A stretch of DNA of 64,000 nucleotides from Deltaproteobacteria bacterium. GTDB taxonomy: Bacteria > UBA10199 > GCA-002796325 > JACPFF01. Below the pieces are notes generated by a model. The model searched no databases. It was given only the letters and a program-made list of their open reading frames with translations, and was not told the DNA's origin. Position numbers and translations under genes: made by a program. The stretch lies in the NCBI GenBank assembly GCA_016210045.1, contig JACQUX010000038.1, forward strand, positions 165,139-229,138, written 5' to 3'. This document shows, one piece after another, positions 8,955-17,925 of this stretch (position 1 is its first letter; each line of letters begins with the position of its first letter).

Positions 8955-10676
8955 ATGCCACTCGATCGGTCACAAATTGCGGCGCGGCTGATGGAATTCG
9001 CGGCGCTGTTGGAATTGACGGGCGCCAATCCGTTCCGCGTCCGCGCGCTCGCCAACGGCGCGCGCGTGCTCGGCGGGCTGGCCTCGTTCGAGCGACTCTT
9101 GGCCACAGCGCAGCTCACGAGCATCAAAGGGATCGGAGAGGGGCTGGCGGAACATGTGCAAGAACTTGCGACCACCGGGACGTTGCAGGAGTGCGACGCG
9201 CTCGCCAAGACGATTCCGCCCGGGGTGGTAGAGATGCTCGATATCCCCGGCGTCGGGCCGAAGACGGCGCGGCGGCTGTGGCAAGAGTTGCAGCTGACGA
9301 CGGTCGACGCGTTGGCCCAAGCGTGTGGCACACATCGGCTCGCCGCCGTCGCCGGAATGGGCGAGAAGACGGAGCAAAAGATCCTGCACGGGATCGACTA
9401 TCTGCGCACGCAGCACGGACGCCATTTGTATCCGGGCGTCGCGTTGGTCGCATATGAACTGGCGGCCGCGTTGACGCGGAGTCGCGTAGTGCAGCGGATC
9501 GAAGTGGCCGGGAGTATTCGGCGCCACAACGAGATCGTGAAAGATATCGACTTGGTGGCGAGTACGCGCGACGCGGAACGGTTGATGGCCGCGTTCGTCG
9601 CGCATCCGCTGGTCGGTCGGGTCGTGCAACACGGGCCGACAATATCGAGCGTGCAATTACGTCCCGGATTTTCCGCCGATCTGCGTTGTGTGACCGAAAC
9701 GGAATTTCCGTACGCGTTGCTCCACTTGACCGGCAGCAAGGCGCACAACGTGGCATTGCGCGCGCGCGCGCAGCAGATGGGGATGCAATTGAACGAATAT
9801 GGATTATTCAAGAGCGACGGGACTGTCGAATCACTCGTGCCGTGTGTGGCGGAAGACGAAATCTATGCCGCGTTGCAGCTCGCATTCATCCCGCCGGAAC
9901 TGCGCGAGGACTGCGGCGAGATCGCGGACGCAGCGAACGGCGCGTTGCCGGATCTGCTGACGTACGACGACTTGCAAGGCGTGTTTCATTGTCACACCAC
10001 ATACAGCGACGGGCGAGCGACGTTGGCCGAGATGGCGGACGCGGCGGCCGAACGCGGATTTCGGTACCTCGGCGTGACGGATCACAGTCAATCGGTGACC
10101 TACGCACGCGGTTTAGAACCGGCGCGGGTGCGCGAGCAGTGGCGCGAGATTGAACGGCTCAATACCAACGGCAAGATCCGGATCTACAAAGGGACGGAAG
10201 TCGATATCCTGAAAGACGGCGCGCTCGATTATCCGGATGAATTATTGCGCGGCTTCGATTTCGTGATCGCGTCCGTTCACACCCACTTCACACTCACGCG
10301 CGACGAAATGACCGCGCGCGTAATCCGCGCACTGCGCCATCCGGCGGTGCGGGTGTTGGGACATCCGACCGGACGGCTGCTGTTGTCGCGAGAACCGTTT
10401 GCGGTCGATCTCGAAGCCGTGTTGCGCGTGGCGGGGGAGGAGGGCGTCGTGGTGGAAACGAATTGCAATCCGCAGCGCGCGGAACTCGATTGGCGGCTGG
10501 CGCGCACGGCCCAAAGTTGCGGCGTGCGCACGATGATCTCGCCCGACGCGCATCACGTGGACGGACTCGACTACCTCCGCTTCGGCGTCGGGATCGCGCG
10601 CAAAGGCGGCTGGACGCGGGCGCACGTCGTGAATGCGTGGACGCCGCGCGCGGTGGAACGATGGCTCGGACAATGA
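8955..10676 (+). CDS. polX: DNA polymerase X / PHP-domain 3'-5' exonuclease
   Basis: HhH motifs IKGIG and IPGVGPK, AGSIRR, KDIDL, HLTGSKAHN; PHP motifs HCHTTYSDG, TDHS, GHPTGR and DAH. Confidence 0.95.
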   Translation: MPLDRSQIAARLMEFAALLELTGANPFRVRALANGARVLGGLASFERLLATAQLTSIKGIGEGLAEHVQELATTGTLQECDALAKTIPPGVVEMLDIPGVGPKTARRLWQELQLTTVDALAQACGTHRLAAVAGMGEKTEQKILHGIDYLRTQHGRHLYPGVALVAYELAAALTRSRVVQRIEVAGSIRRHNEIVKDIDLVASTRDAERLMAAFVAHPLVGRVVQHGPTISSVQLRPGFSADLRCVTETEFPYALLHLTGSKAHNVALRARAQQMGMQLNEYGLFKSDGTVESLVPCVAEDEIYAALQLAFIPPELREDCGEIADAANGALPDLLTYDDLQGVFHCHTTYSDGRATLAEMADAAAERGFRYLGVTDHSQSVTYARGLEPARVREQWREIERLNTNGKIRIYKGTEVDILKDGALDYPDELLRGFDFVIASVHTHFTLTRDEMTARVIRALRHPAVRVLGHPTGRLLLSREPFAVDLEAVLRVAGEEGVVVETNCNPQRAELDWRLARTAQSCGVRTMISPDAHHVDGLDYLRFGVGIARKGGWTRAHVVNAWTPRAVERWLGQ

Positions 10677-11335
10677 CGGTCCAGCCACTAGCCACCAGTC
10701 ACCAGCCACCAACAAGGCGAGCGCCCCGCATCATGTCGTTATTGCGCGCCGCCTATCCCTCGATCCACGTCGCGCTGACCCACGACAACCCGCTGCAGCT
10801 GTTAATCGCGACCATTCTTTCCGCGCAGTGTACCGACGAACGCGTCAATCAAGTCACGCCGCGACTCTTTGCGCGCTATGTCACGGCCGCCGACTTCGCG
10901 ACAGCCGCGACGGCGGAACTCGAAACGCTGATTCGGTCCACCGGTTTTTTCCGCAGCAAGGCGCGAAATATTATCGGTTGTTGTCGTGGCATCATGGAGC
11001 GATTCAATGGCGAAGTGCCGCCCCGACTCGACGACTTAGTCACGTTGCCCGGCGTGGGTCGCAAGACCGCCAACGTGGTCCTCGGGGCCTGTTGGGGGGT
11101 TCCGGGCGTCGTGGTCGATACGCATGTCAAACGAATCTCGAATCTTTTGGGCCTCACGCAATACGACGATCCGGAGAAAATTGAACGGGACTTGATGGCC
11201 TTGTTGCCACAATCCGACTGGAACGATTTCAGCCTCGCGCTCATTTGGCACGGCCGCCGCGTTTGCATCGCCCGCCGCCCCCGCTGCGCGGAATGCGTCT
11301 TGAGCGTGCTGTGCCCGAGCGCGCGCAGGAAGTAA
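10673..11335 (+). CDS. nth: Endonuclease III
   Basis: LSAQCTDERVN, LPGVGRKTANVV, VDTHV and the 4Fe-4S motif CIARRPRCAECVLSVLC. ATGA overlap with polX. Confidence 0.95.
   Translation: MTVQPLATSHQPPTRRAPRIMSLLRAAYPSIHVALTHDNPLQLLIATILSAQCTDERVNQVTPRLFARYVTAADFATAATAELETLIRSTGFFRSKARNIIGCCRGIMERFNGEVPPRLDDLVTLPGVGRKTANVVLGACWGVPGVVVDTHVKRISNLLGLTQYDDPEKIERDLMALLPQSDWNDFSLALIWHGRRVCIARRPRCAECVLSVLCPSARRK
10681..10710. repeat. Heptamer tandem repeat CCAG(C/T)CA, translated in the N-terminus of nth if ATG 10673 is the start
   Basis: ccagcca ctagcca ccagtca ccagcca, read as QPLATSHQPP. Confidence 0.75.
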
Positions 11336-11341
11336 CTTTCG

Positions 11342-12532
11342 TTACTCCAGATATTGGAAAAGTTCGGCCCATGGAATGGCCAAAATTTGTCCGATGCGTT
11401 GTGCTCGCGCCACTTGGCACACAAGATACGCAGCGTGCGGCCGGTACTCTTTGCAAAAATGCGCCAGGCCTTTTGTGTCCGCGAGTGTGGGCCGTGCAGT
11501 TGCTTTGACTTCGATAGCAATGCGCTGTTGACCGGTCTCCAACACCATATCGACTTCATCCCCCTGCTTATGCCGCCAATAAAAGAGTTGCGTTCGGGGG
11601 GAGCGCCGCGCCATCAATTCCAGGACCATCAAATGCTCGAACAACACGCCTTGTTGGAGGGGGAGGAGTCCGGGACCATGCCCGATCTGCGCTGCGGCGT
11701 TGCGGACCCCGAGGTCGAAGAAGTAATACTTCGCCGTGCGGAACACGGCATCGCGCACTTGGCCGAAGGCGGGTAGGCGTTGGATAATCAGCGAATCTTC
11801 AAGGATTTGAAAATACTCCCGGATCGTGGTGTGGCTCAGTCCGATGCGCCCGCCGATCTTCGAGAAATTGGGCGCCCCACCCGATTCTAGGGCAGCCAAA
11901 CGAAGAAATTGCGTAAAGCGCGGCACATTGCGAACCGCTGCCTCGGCGCGAATCTCTTCCTCCAAATAGAGGTGTGTATAGGCATTGAGATTGCCTTCGC
12001 GCTGCGTGAAGTCCGTTTGTGAAAGAATTCCGGGCAACATGCCATAGCGCAAGATTTCTCCCAGCCGAGAGAGGGGGAACCCAGTTTCTTGCCATGTCAA
12101 CGGAGGCAGGAAGTGGAGTTGCACTCGGCCGGGGAGCCAGTTCGTGCGCAAACGTTTCATCTTCCGAGCCGACGAGCCAGTGGCGGCGAGAACGATGCGG
12201 CGATGATCCAGGAGAAATTGTAGCGGATCCATGACGGCAGGGATTTTCTGGATCTCGTCGATGTAGAGGAAGAGCGGCGTGCGGGAACGTTTCGCTTCGA
12301 CCTCGCGCACGATGCACTCGGGGTCCTGTTCGATCGCTTCGCGTTGGGAGGGAAGTTGGAAATAATAGGTGAGACACTGCGCGGCGGGAAGCTGCGCGAA
12401 CAGGGCCTCCAACAGCGTGGATTTTCCCGTCTGACGGGGGCCGAAGAGGAGAAACGACTGGCGGCGATCGAGTAGTTGCTGCAAGCGCGAGACGGCAGAT
12501 CGAGGGAAAGTAGATGTTTCAAAATTGTTCAT
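11342..12532 (-). CDS. AAA_14 ATPase with DUF4143 / PD-(D/E)xK-like C-terminus
   Basis: GPRQTGKST, IDEIQ, ATGSS, KYYFFDLG and EVDMV..AIEVK. Confidence 0.88.
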   Translation of the reverse strand: MNNFETSTFPRSAVSRLQQLLDRRQSFLLFGPRQTGKSTLLEALFAQLPAAQCLTYYFQLPSQREAIEQDPECIVREVEAKRSRTPLFLYIDEIQKIPAVMDPLQFLLDHRRIVLAATGSSARKMKRLRTNWLPGRVQLHFLPPLTWQETGFPLSRLGEILRYGMLPGILSQTDFTQREGNLNAYTHLYLEEEIRAEAAVRNVPRFTQFLRLAALESGGAPNFSKIGGRIGLSHTTIREYFQILEDSLIIQRLPAFGQVRDAVFRTAKYYFFDLGVRNAAAQIGHGPGLLPLQQGVLFEHLMVLELMARRSPRTQLFYWRHKQGDEVDMVLETGQQRIAIEVKATARPTLADTKGLAHFCKEYRPHAAYLVCQVARAQRIGQILAIPWAELFQYLE

Positions 12533-12534
12533 AT

Positions 12535-12555
12535 ATTGAAAGTACCACTTTCAAT
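12535..12555. promoter_or_regulatory. Palindromic operator-like site
   Basis: Perfect inverted repeat attgaaagt-acc-actttcaat immediately upstream of the ATPase start. Confidence 0.5.
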
Positions 12556-12674
12556 TCGAATTCGCTAGCAAAACATCAGGCGCGCATTGGCGGACGTGAT
12601 TGCAGAAACCATTGACGTCGTGGGCTCAGGCTGCGTAGGATCATGCCTCACTTCGCAGGGAGGAGAACGTTTGT

Positions 12675-12908
12675 ATGGCGAATCGAGAAGATCGGGTCAA
12701 AGAGAACGTCGCGGGGCTGTTTTTTGTCGACTCGCAGTGCATCGATTGCAATTTGTGTCGCGACACGGCGCCGGCAAATTTCAAGCAACACGAAGCGGGT
12801 GGCTATTCGTTCGTGTATAAACAACCGGAAACCGACGAAGAGCGTCAACAATGCCAAGAAGCCCTCGAAGCGTGCCCCGTTGAAGCGATTGGCAGTAATG
12901 GGACGTAG
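12675..12908 (+). CDS. Ferredoxin (single cluster)
   Basis: CIDCNLC...CPVEAIG; AGGAG RBS. Confidence 0.92.
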   Translation: MANREDRVKENVAGLFFVDSQCIDCNLCRDTAPANFKQHEAGGYSFVYKQPETDEERQQCQEALEACPVEAIGSNGT

Positions 12909-12931
12909 TGTGTCGCACACAGTAAATGAGC

Positions 12932-13135
12932 AGATCATCCAGAATAAGATAGACTGAGTCCCAGCTCCGGGAGGGGAGTGCGGGGGGCCTGCGGGCCGTT
13001 CGCCTCGTGTTACGGCGCTCGGCTCACTGAGACCTCGCTCGGTCGAGCTTCAACACCATAGTACTCCCTCGCTCAGACTCGCCCGCAGGCCCCCCGCACT
13101 CCCATCCCGGGACCATCGTTTCAATCCGGATAGTC
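12932..13135. mobile_element. Nested palindromic MITE/REPIN-like element, family A copy 1
   Basis: 30-bp arms at 12967-12996 and 13081-13110 with 1 mismatch; core nearly identical to 59717-59809; flanks homologous to copy 2. Confidence 0.7.
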
Positions 13136-13275
13136 AACCAATCAGATTGAATCATGTCCTTCGTGCTTCGGGGGGCAAGAGAGAAGGCCGTGCAGTGTTC
13201 GACTCCTCATAACCGGTTTGTGTCTCGATAAACATTGATCTTAAGAAAGAGGCTACCCAGGCACCGCTGTCTTAT

Positions 13276-13425
13276 GGCCGGAGTCCAGGCCGGCGGGCGC
13301 CAGGGGCTCTCGCAGCCGTTTTCCCCTTGCGTAATCTAACGACGAAAACGGCGAGGGCGAGCGCGCGGCGGCTCGATGCCGCCGCGATAGCGTACCCTGG
13401 CGCCCGCCGGCCCGGGGCTCCGGCC
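13276..13425. repeat. Multi-stem palindromic element (B1)
   Basis: ~30-bp arms at 13276-13305 and 13395-13425 (inner 18 bp perfect), enclosing hairpins gccgttttc/gaaaacggc and cgcggcggc/gccgccgcg. Confidence 0.75.
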
Positions 13426-13483
13426 CTTCGTGTGCCAGCAATGCGTGGACAGATGATCGTAAAGGCATACGTATGGCGTGCTG

Positions 13484-14461
13484 TTATCTCCGCTTCCCCT
13501 TCGCAACCGCCCACTCCACGAGCAGGTCTTGGAACGCGGGGTCGTTCTTGAGCGGGAAAAAGTCGTCGCCGATTTGGACCCACGTCTTGAGTTGGTGGCT
13601 GTTGTCGAGTGGTTGCGCTTGTTGCAGGGTCGCGATCGTTTTTGCCACATCGCCCGTCGCCGCGTAATAGCTGATTAGGGCCGTGAGGCCGCCGAATTCT
13701 TTGGTCACTTCGTCGAGTTTGACCTTTGCCACGCGTCGTTCGGCGTCGCGGGTTTTCCCCATCGTGGCGGCCAGCGCCGCAGTGAGCAGATCCGCTTCGT
13801 ATTGGTGAGCGCCGCGCGTTGCGCGTCGGGCCTTGCTGTAGGCTTGGGTTGCTTTGCCGACGAACCGCTTGTTCATCGTCCCGTGATTTTTCAGAAAGAG
13901 GATCAGGTTGTGATACGCGACGCCGAGGTTGAGGTAGTAATGGTGCTCGTCGCCCGGCGCCGGCTTCACGCCCGCTTGGGCCTCGCCGATCCGCTCCATT
14001 TCCCGAATCAGCATCATGCCGCGTACGGAGGCTGGTTCCAAATAAAGACGCCGTACGGCCGCAGCGATCTCGCCGTCGGCCAGCAGCGTGACGACAGCGC
14101 CGGGAATTGCGGTCTGCAGCGGCATGTTTCGCGGTTTTTCGAGCAGCGCAGGGAGTGGACGCTTGCCACGGGATGCGGCGGGGCGCGCTTTGTCCTTCGC
14201 CGCGTGACTTTTCTTCTTCGTATCCGTCTTGGCGGCACTCTTACTCTTGGCCTCTGTCTTGGTGGACTTCCCCTTCGCGGCGGGAGTGCCTTTCTTGGTC
14301 GGAGGCTGCGGCGTCTTCGCCGGCGCCGTTTTCGGTGCAGTGCCGGCCTTTCGGCCTGATTGGACCCAGGTCGGATTAGCGGCCGCGCCGACGAACGGGG
14401 CCGCGAGCGCGACGATGAGGAACAGGGTCACCAAACTGCCGAACGGGCGTAGAATCTGCAT
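13484..14461 (-). CDS. Secreted protein with Lys/Ala-rich linker and TPR-like helical C-terminus
   Basis: N-terminal hydrophobic signal, K/A/P-rich stretch and TPR-like YLNLGVAYHN. Confidence 0.7.
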   Translation of the reverse strand: MQILRPFGSLVTLFLIVALAAPFVGAAANPTWVQSGRKAGTAPKTAPAKTPQPPTKKGTPAAKGKSTKTEAKSKSAAKTDTKKKSHAAKDKARPAASRGKRPLPALLEKPRNMPLQTAIPGAVVTLLADGEIAAAVRRLYLEPASVRGMMLIREMERIGEAQAGVKPAPGDEHHYYLNLGVAYHNLILFLKNHGTMNKRFVGKATQAYSKARRATRGAHQYEADLLTAALAATMGKTRDAERRVAKVKLDEVTKEFGGLTALISYYAATGDVAKTIATLQQAQPLDNSHQLKTWVQIGDDFFPLKNDPAFQDLLVEWAVAKGKRR

Positions 14462-14528
14462 GGGAGGTCGTATAGGGAAGAGTGCTCGCGCTGTCAAATC
14501 GACTGACAGCCATCATGCGTTTTCGCTA

Positions 14529-14555
14529 GCAACTTTTTTTCCACAATACCGATAC
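14529..14555 (+). promoter_or_regulatory. sigma28-like promoter
   Basis: GCAAC-N14-ACCGATAC upstream of ORF 14609. Confidence 0.62.
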
Positions 14556-14608
14556 TACTGGTAATGGTCATTTGATACCGGCTGCAGGACGAGCTCAAAC
14601 GGGTTGCG

Positions 14609-16012
14609 ATGCGACGGATTGCGAAGGCCCGACCCCCCGTAATATGCACCCAGCGTGTGCGAAGCATCGCACGCCGGACCGGAATCAACGTTCGTCTTCC
14701 CCTGCCACAACCCCATGGGGGACAACCCCTCCACCCCGTCTTGTCGATCGGCGTCCATCGGGGCGGATATCGTCTGGTGCAAGTCGGCTTTGGCGGCGCG
14801 GCCGTGCCCGTACTCCCGTGGCAATACGAGACCTTGGCCATGCGGTTGGCGCGGCATTTTCATCATAATGATGTCGCGCCCGATCCCTGTGCGTTGGAAT
14901 TGGCGGCGACGGGTTTTGGAGATATGCCAGCGACTGAAAGTGTCTCGGTCGCGGCAGCGTGGGTGTTGAGCGGATCTGGAATGTTTGTTCGTGGTGGTGT
15001 CCCGCGTGGTCCGCTGCGCGTGGCATTGGCGACGCCAAACGACGCAGAGGCGGGGGGCGCGCAGATCAGTCACGGGCGCGCGTCTGCTGGCGTTGCAACG
15101 GCCGTTGCGAGCGCTCCGCCGAGCGAAGCGGACGGGATCGCGGCGGTCGATGCGGTGAAGCGGCGCTACGAATGTGAATTACGGCCGCGGATTGAAACGC
15201 TGCTGCAGATGACGGCGCAGCTCGTGGATGGGTCGGTGCCGTTGGTCATCCCGTGGCTCCGAGCGGCCATTGAGGCCATTGATCGGTTGAAGGGCGAGTT
15301 ACATGACATTGCGAAGCGTTTTTCTGCGTATCCCACCCCTTCGACGTATGCCCACATCGTGCGGCACAATACGCTTGCGCCGCTCGGCACGTCCCTCATG
15401 ATGTTGCAGCTTAAGATGGAGGTTGAGACCCAGCATCTCCCGTGGGTCGCATGGCTCCTCCCGGCATTCGGCGCCACGCCGCGGTTGTTGAAACACTTGG
15501 CAGATGCGGCGATGGGGCCGGTGCGCGTCGAGGCCGTGCGGCGGGGGATCAAGGAGGAGCCGGTCCGGTTGGAGCACGTGCAATTGGCCGTGACCATTTC
15601 AGACGCGCAGGCCGAGCAACTGTTGGAGGTGTTCCGCAATTTGGCGACCAATGGAATCGTCCACGGATGGGAGGGACGGGCGGATGAATTCGATCTGACT
15701 GCGGCGGAGGCGCAGCGCCGCTTCGTGCGGCTGAGCTTCAAGGAGGGTCAGTTAGTTTACGAAGATAACGGGCAGGGGATTCCCCCGGAAGTGATCGACG
15801 CCGTGGCGTTGGCCGATTGGACGGCGATTGCGCAGCGTTCGCAGACGCGTGGTACTGGCAGCGGTCTTGGCCTGGAACATTTTGTGCGCACCATGGATTT
15901 ACTTGGCTGGTCGTGGAGCTTCGGACCACGATCCGGTGGCGGGACGCGGATCGTCTGTACCCCAAATCCGGAAGATCTCGCCCATCGCCCGGCATATTCC
16001 CCCGGTTCATAA
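14609..16012 (+). CDS. Orphan histidine-kinase-like protein (HATPase_c) with long non-sensor N-terminus
   Basis: H-box-like VRHNTLAPL, N box FRNLATNG, G1 EDNGQGI, G2 GSGLGL and GGGTRI. Confidence 0.75.
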   Translation: MRRIAKARPPVICTQRVRSIARRTGINVRLPLPQPHGGQPLHPVLSIGVHRGGYRLVQVGFGGAAVPVLPWQYETLAMRLARHFHHNDVAPDPCALELAATGFGDMPATESVSVAAAWVLSGSGMFVRGGVPRGPLRVALATPNDAEAGGAQISHGRASAGVATAVASAPPSEADGIAAVDAVKRRYECELRPRIETLLQMTAQLVDGSVPLVIPWLRAAIEAIDRLKGELHDIAKRFSAYPTPSTYAHIVRHNTLAPLGTSLMMLQLKMEVETQHLPWVAWLLPAFGATPRLLKHLADAAMGPVRVEAVRRGIKEEPVRLEHVQLAVTISDAQAEQLLEVFRNLATNGIVHGWEGRADEFDLTAAEAQRRFVRLSFKEGQLVYEDNGQGIPPEVIDAVALADWTAIAQRSQTRGTGSGLGLEHFVRTMDLLGWSWSFGPRSGGGTRIVCTPNPEDLAHRPAYSPGS

Positions 16013-16023
16013 CTTCATTTGAA

Positions 16024-16080
16024 TGGGGACAGGTACCTTCAAATGCCCGTAGAGTGGGCATTTGAAGGTACCTGTCCCCA
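16024..16080. repeat. REPIN-like palindrome, GGGGACAGGTACC family copy 1
   Basis: Perfect 25-bp arms with a 7-nt loop, between convergent genes. Confidence 0.85.
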
Positions 16081-16091
16081 CTGCGATTACT

Positions 16092-16970
16092 TTATGGGGC
16101 GAGGAGTTGGGCGGTGCGCAGTACGGCGGCCAGCCGGTCCCGATTGGCGGGGGCCATTGGGGTGAGGGGGAGGCGCCAGGCCTCTTCGCAGCGGCCCATT
16201 AGTGCCAGCGCGGTCTTCACCGGGATCGGGTTGGATTCAATGAATAGGGCTTGATTCAGTGCGTACAGCGCTTGGTGGAGGCGTGCGGCCGTGGCGGTAT
16301 CGCCCCGTTGCCACGCGTTCCACAATTCCGCCACGCGGCGCGGCGCGACGTTCGCAGTGACGGAAATAGCGCCTTGGTACCCGATCGCATAGAGCGGATA
16401 GTTGAGCGCATCTTCGCCGGACAACAACGCGAACGTATCGGACACTGCGGCCCGATGTTCCGTGGCCTGGGTCAGCGAGCCGGAGGCGTCTTTGAGGCCG
16501 ACGATGTTGTTAATGCCCGCCAAGCGCGCGACGGTCGGCGGCAGCAAGTTGACGCCGGTGCGGCCGGGAACGTTGTACAAAATGATCGGCAACGGTGTCG
16601 CGGCGGCCACGGCTTGGAAGTGCTGCGCCAATCCCTCTTGCGTCGGCTTGTTGTAATACGGCGTGACGTGCAGCAGGCCGTCGGCTTTACATTCGGTGCA
16701 GAGCGTGGTCAGTTGCGTGGCCTTTTCGGTGATGTTGGCGCCCGCGCCCGCGATGACCGGCACGCGGCCGCGCGCTTGTGCCACCGTGAATCGCACGACG
16801 CGCGCATATTCTTCCAGCGTCAGCGCCCCGGCCTCTCCGGTCGTCCCACACGGCACGAGGCCATGCACGCCTTCGGTAATCAGCCATTCGACGTGGTCGC
16901 GAAACGCCGCTTCGTCGATCGCATTGCCTTTGAACGGAGTGATGACGGCGGGGAAGATGCCAGTGAACAT
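16092..16970 (-). CDS. dapA: 4-hydroxy-tetrahydrodipicolinate synthase
   Basis: CGTTGE, TPYYNKP, LYNVPGRT, LKDASG and ESNPIPVK. Confidence 0.97.
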   Translation of the reverse strand: MFTGIFPAVITPFKGNAIDEAAFRDHVEWLITEGVHGLVPCGTTGEAGALTLEEYARVVRFTVAQARGRVPVIAGAGANITEKATQLTTLCTECKADGLLHVTPYYNKPTQEGLAQHFQAVAAATPLPIILYNVPGRTGVNLLPPTVARLAGINNIVGLKDASGSLTQATEHRAAVSDTFALLSGEDALNYPLYAIGYQGAISVTANVAPRRVAELWNAWQRGDTATAARLHQALYALNQALFIESNPIPVKTALALMGRCEEAWRLPLTPMAPANRDRLAAVLRTAQLLAP

Positions 16971-17003
16971 GAAACGCCCCCTATTTGGTGACTAGTCACC
17001 CCT

Positions 17004-17852
17004 TTACGCACTTACAGGCACACTCCCCGAAAAAACCAATTCGGCCGGACCGGTCAGGTGGAGTTCGTGGGTCTCGCGGTCCCAATTCACCTTCACGGTG
17101 CCGCCCGGCATTTTGACTTCCACGTCGCGTTCGGTGTGGCCGTTCAGGACCGACGCCACGACGACCGCGCAGGCCCCGGTGCCGCAGCCGCGGGTCTCGC
17201 CGGTGCCGCGCTCCCAGACCCGCATTTCGATTTCGTTCGGGCTGACGGTGCGGGCGAATTCGACGTTAATGCGGCGCGGAAAGGCATGATAGGTCTCGAC
17301 CAACGGACCGAATTTGGTCACAGGAAAGTCTTGTGGATTTTCGACGAAAATCACGCAGTGCGGATTGCCGATCCCGCAACAGGTAATGCGCAGTTCGCGC
17401 CCTTCCATCCGCAGCGGGCGATTGATGATCCGGCCGTTCAAGCTGACGCCGATCTCTTTCCCCTTTAATTGGGGGACGCCCATGTTGACGCGATATTGCT
17501 TGCCGATCGGCGTGACGCTGTAAAACCCGCCCAACGTTTCGATGTTGACGCTCTTCTTTTTGACCTCTTTGCGGTCGAACAGATACTTCGCGACGCACCG
17601 AATGCCGTTGCCGCACATCTCGGCCTCGGAGCCGTCGGCATTGAAGGCCTGCATTTTGAAATCGCCGTCTTTGCGGCGCGTCGTGGAGATCAGCAGCATT
17701 TGATCCGCGCCGATGCCGGTGGACCGGTTACAGAGCTGCCGTGCGGTCCGTCCGGGGTGTTGCAGCGTCCAACCGCGCAGGTCGAAGATCACGAAGTCGT
17801 TGCCCGTGGCGTACATCTTGACAAAGGGACGGGCTTGTGAGCGTTGGGCCAT
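17004..17852 (-). CDS. dapF: Diaminopimelate epimerase
   Basis: GNDF, GIGADQ, EMCGNGIRC, GNPHCV and ERGTGETRGCGTG. Confidence 0.96.
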   Translation of the reverse strand: MAQRSQARPFVKMYATGNDFVIFDLRGWTLQHPGRTARQLCNRSTGIGADQMLLISTTRRKDGDFKMQAFNADGSEAEMCGNGIRCVAKYLFDRKEVKKKSVNIETLGGFYSVTPIGKQYRVNMGVPQLKGKEIGVSLNGRIINRPLRMEGRELRITCCGIGNPHCVIFVENPQDFPVTKFGPLVETYHAFPRRINVEFARTVSPNEIEMRVWERGTGETRGCGTGACAVVVASVLNGHTERDVEVKMPGGTVKVNWDRETHELHLTGPAELVFSGSVPVSA

Positions 17853-17925
17853 ACTTATCCTTATATTCCTTTATAAAGGACCGGGAGCCGCTTGTAGCAA
17901 TCGCATGGGGGCGCTGTCAAAGAAA

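Noticed and set aside
13145..13430. 6S RNA, tmRNA, SRP RNA or RNase P RNA
   Set aside because: Diagnostic motifs and matching terminal helices were not found; the resemblance is superficial
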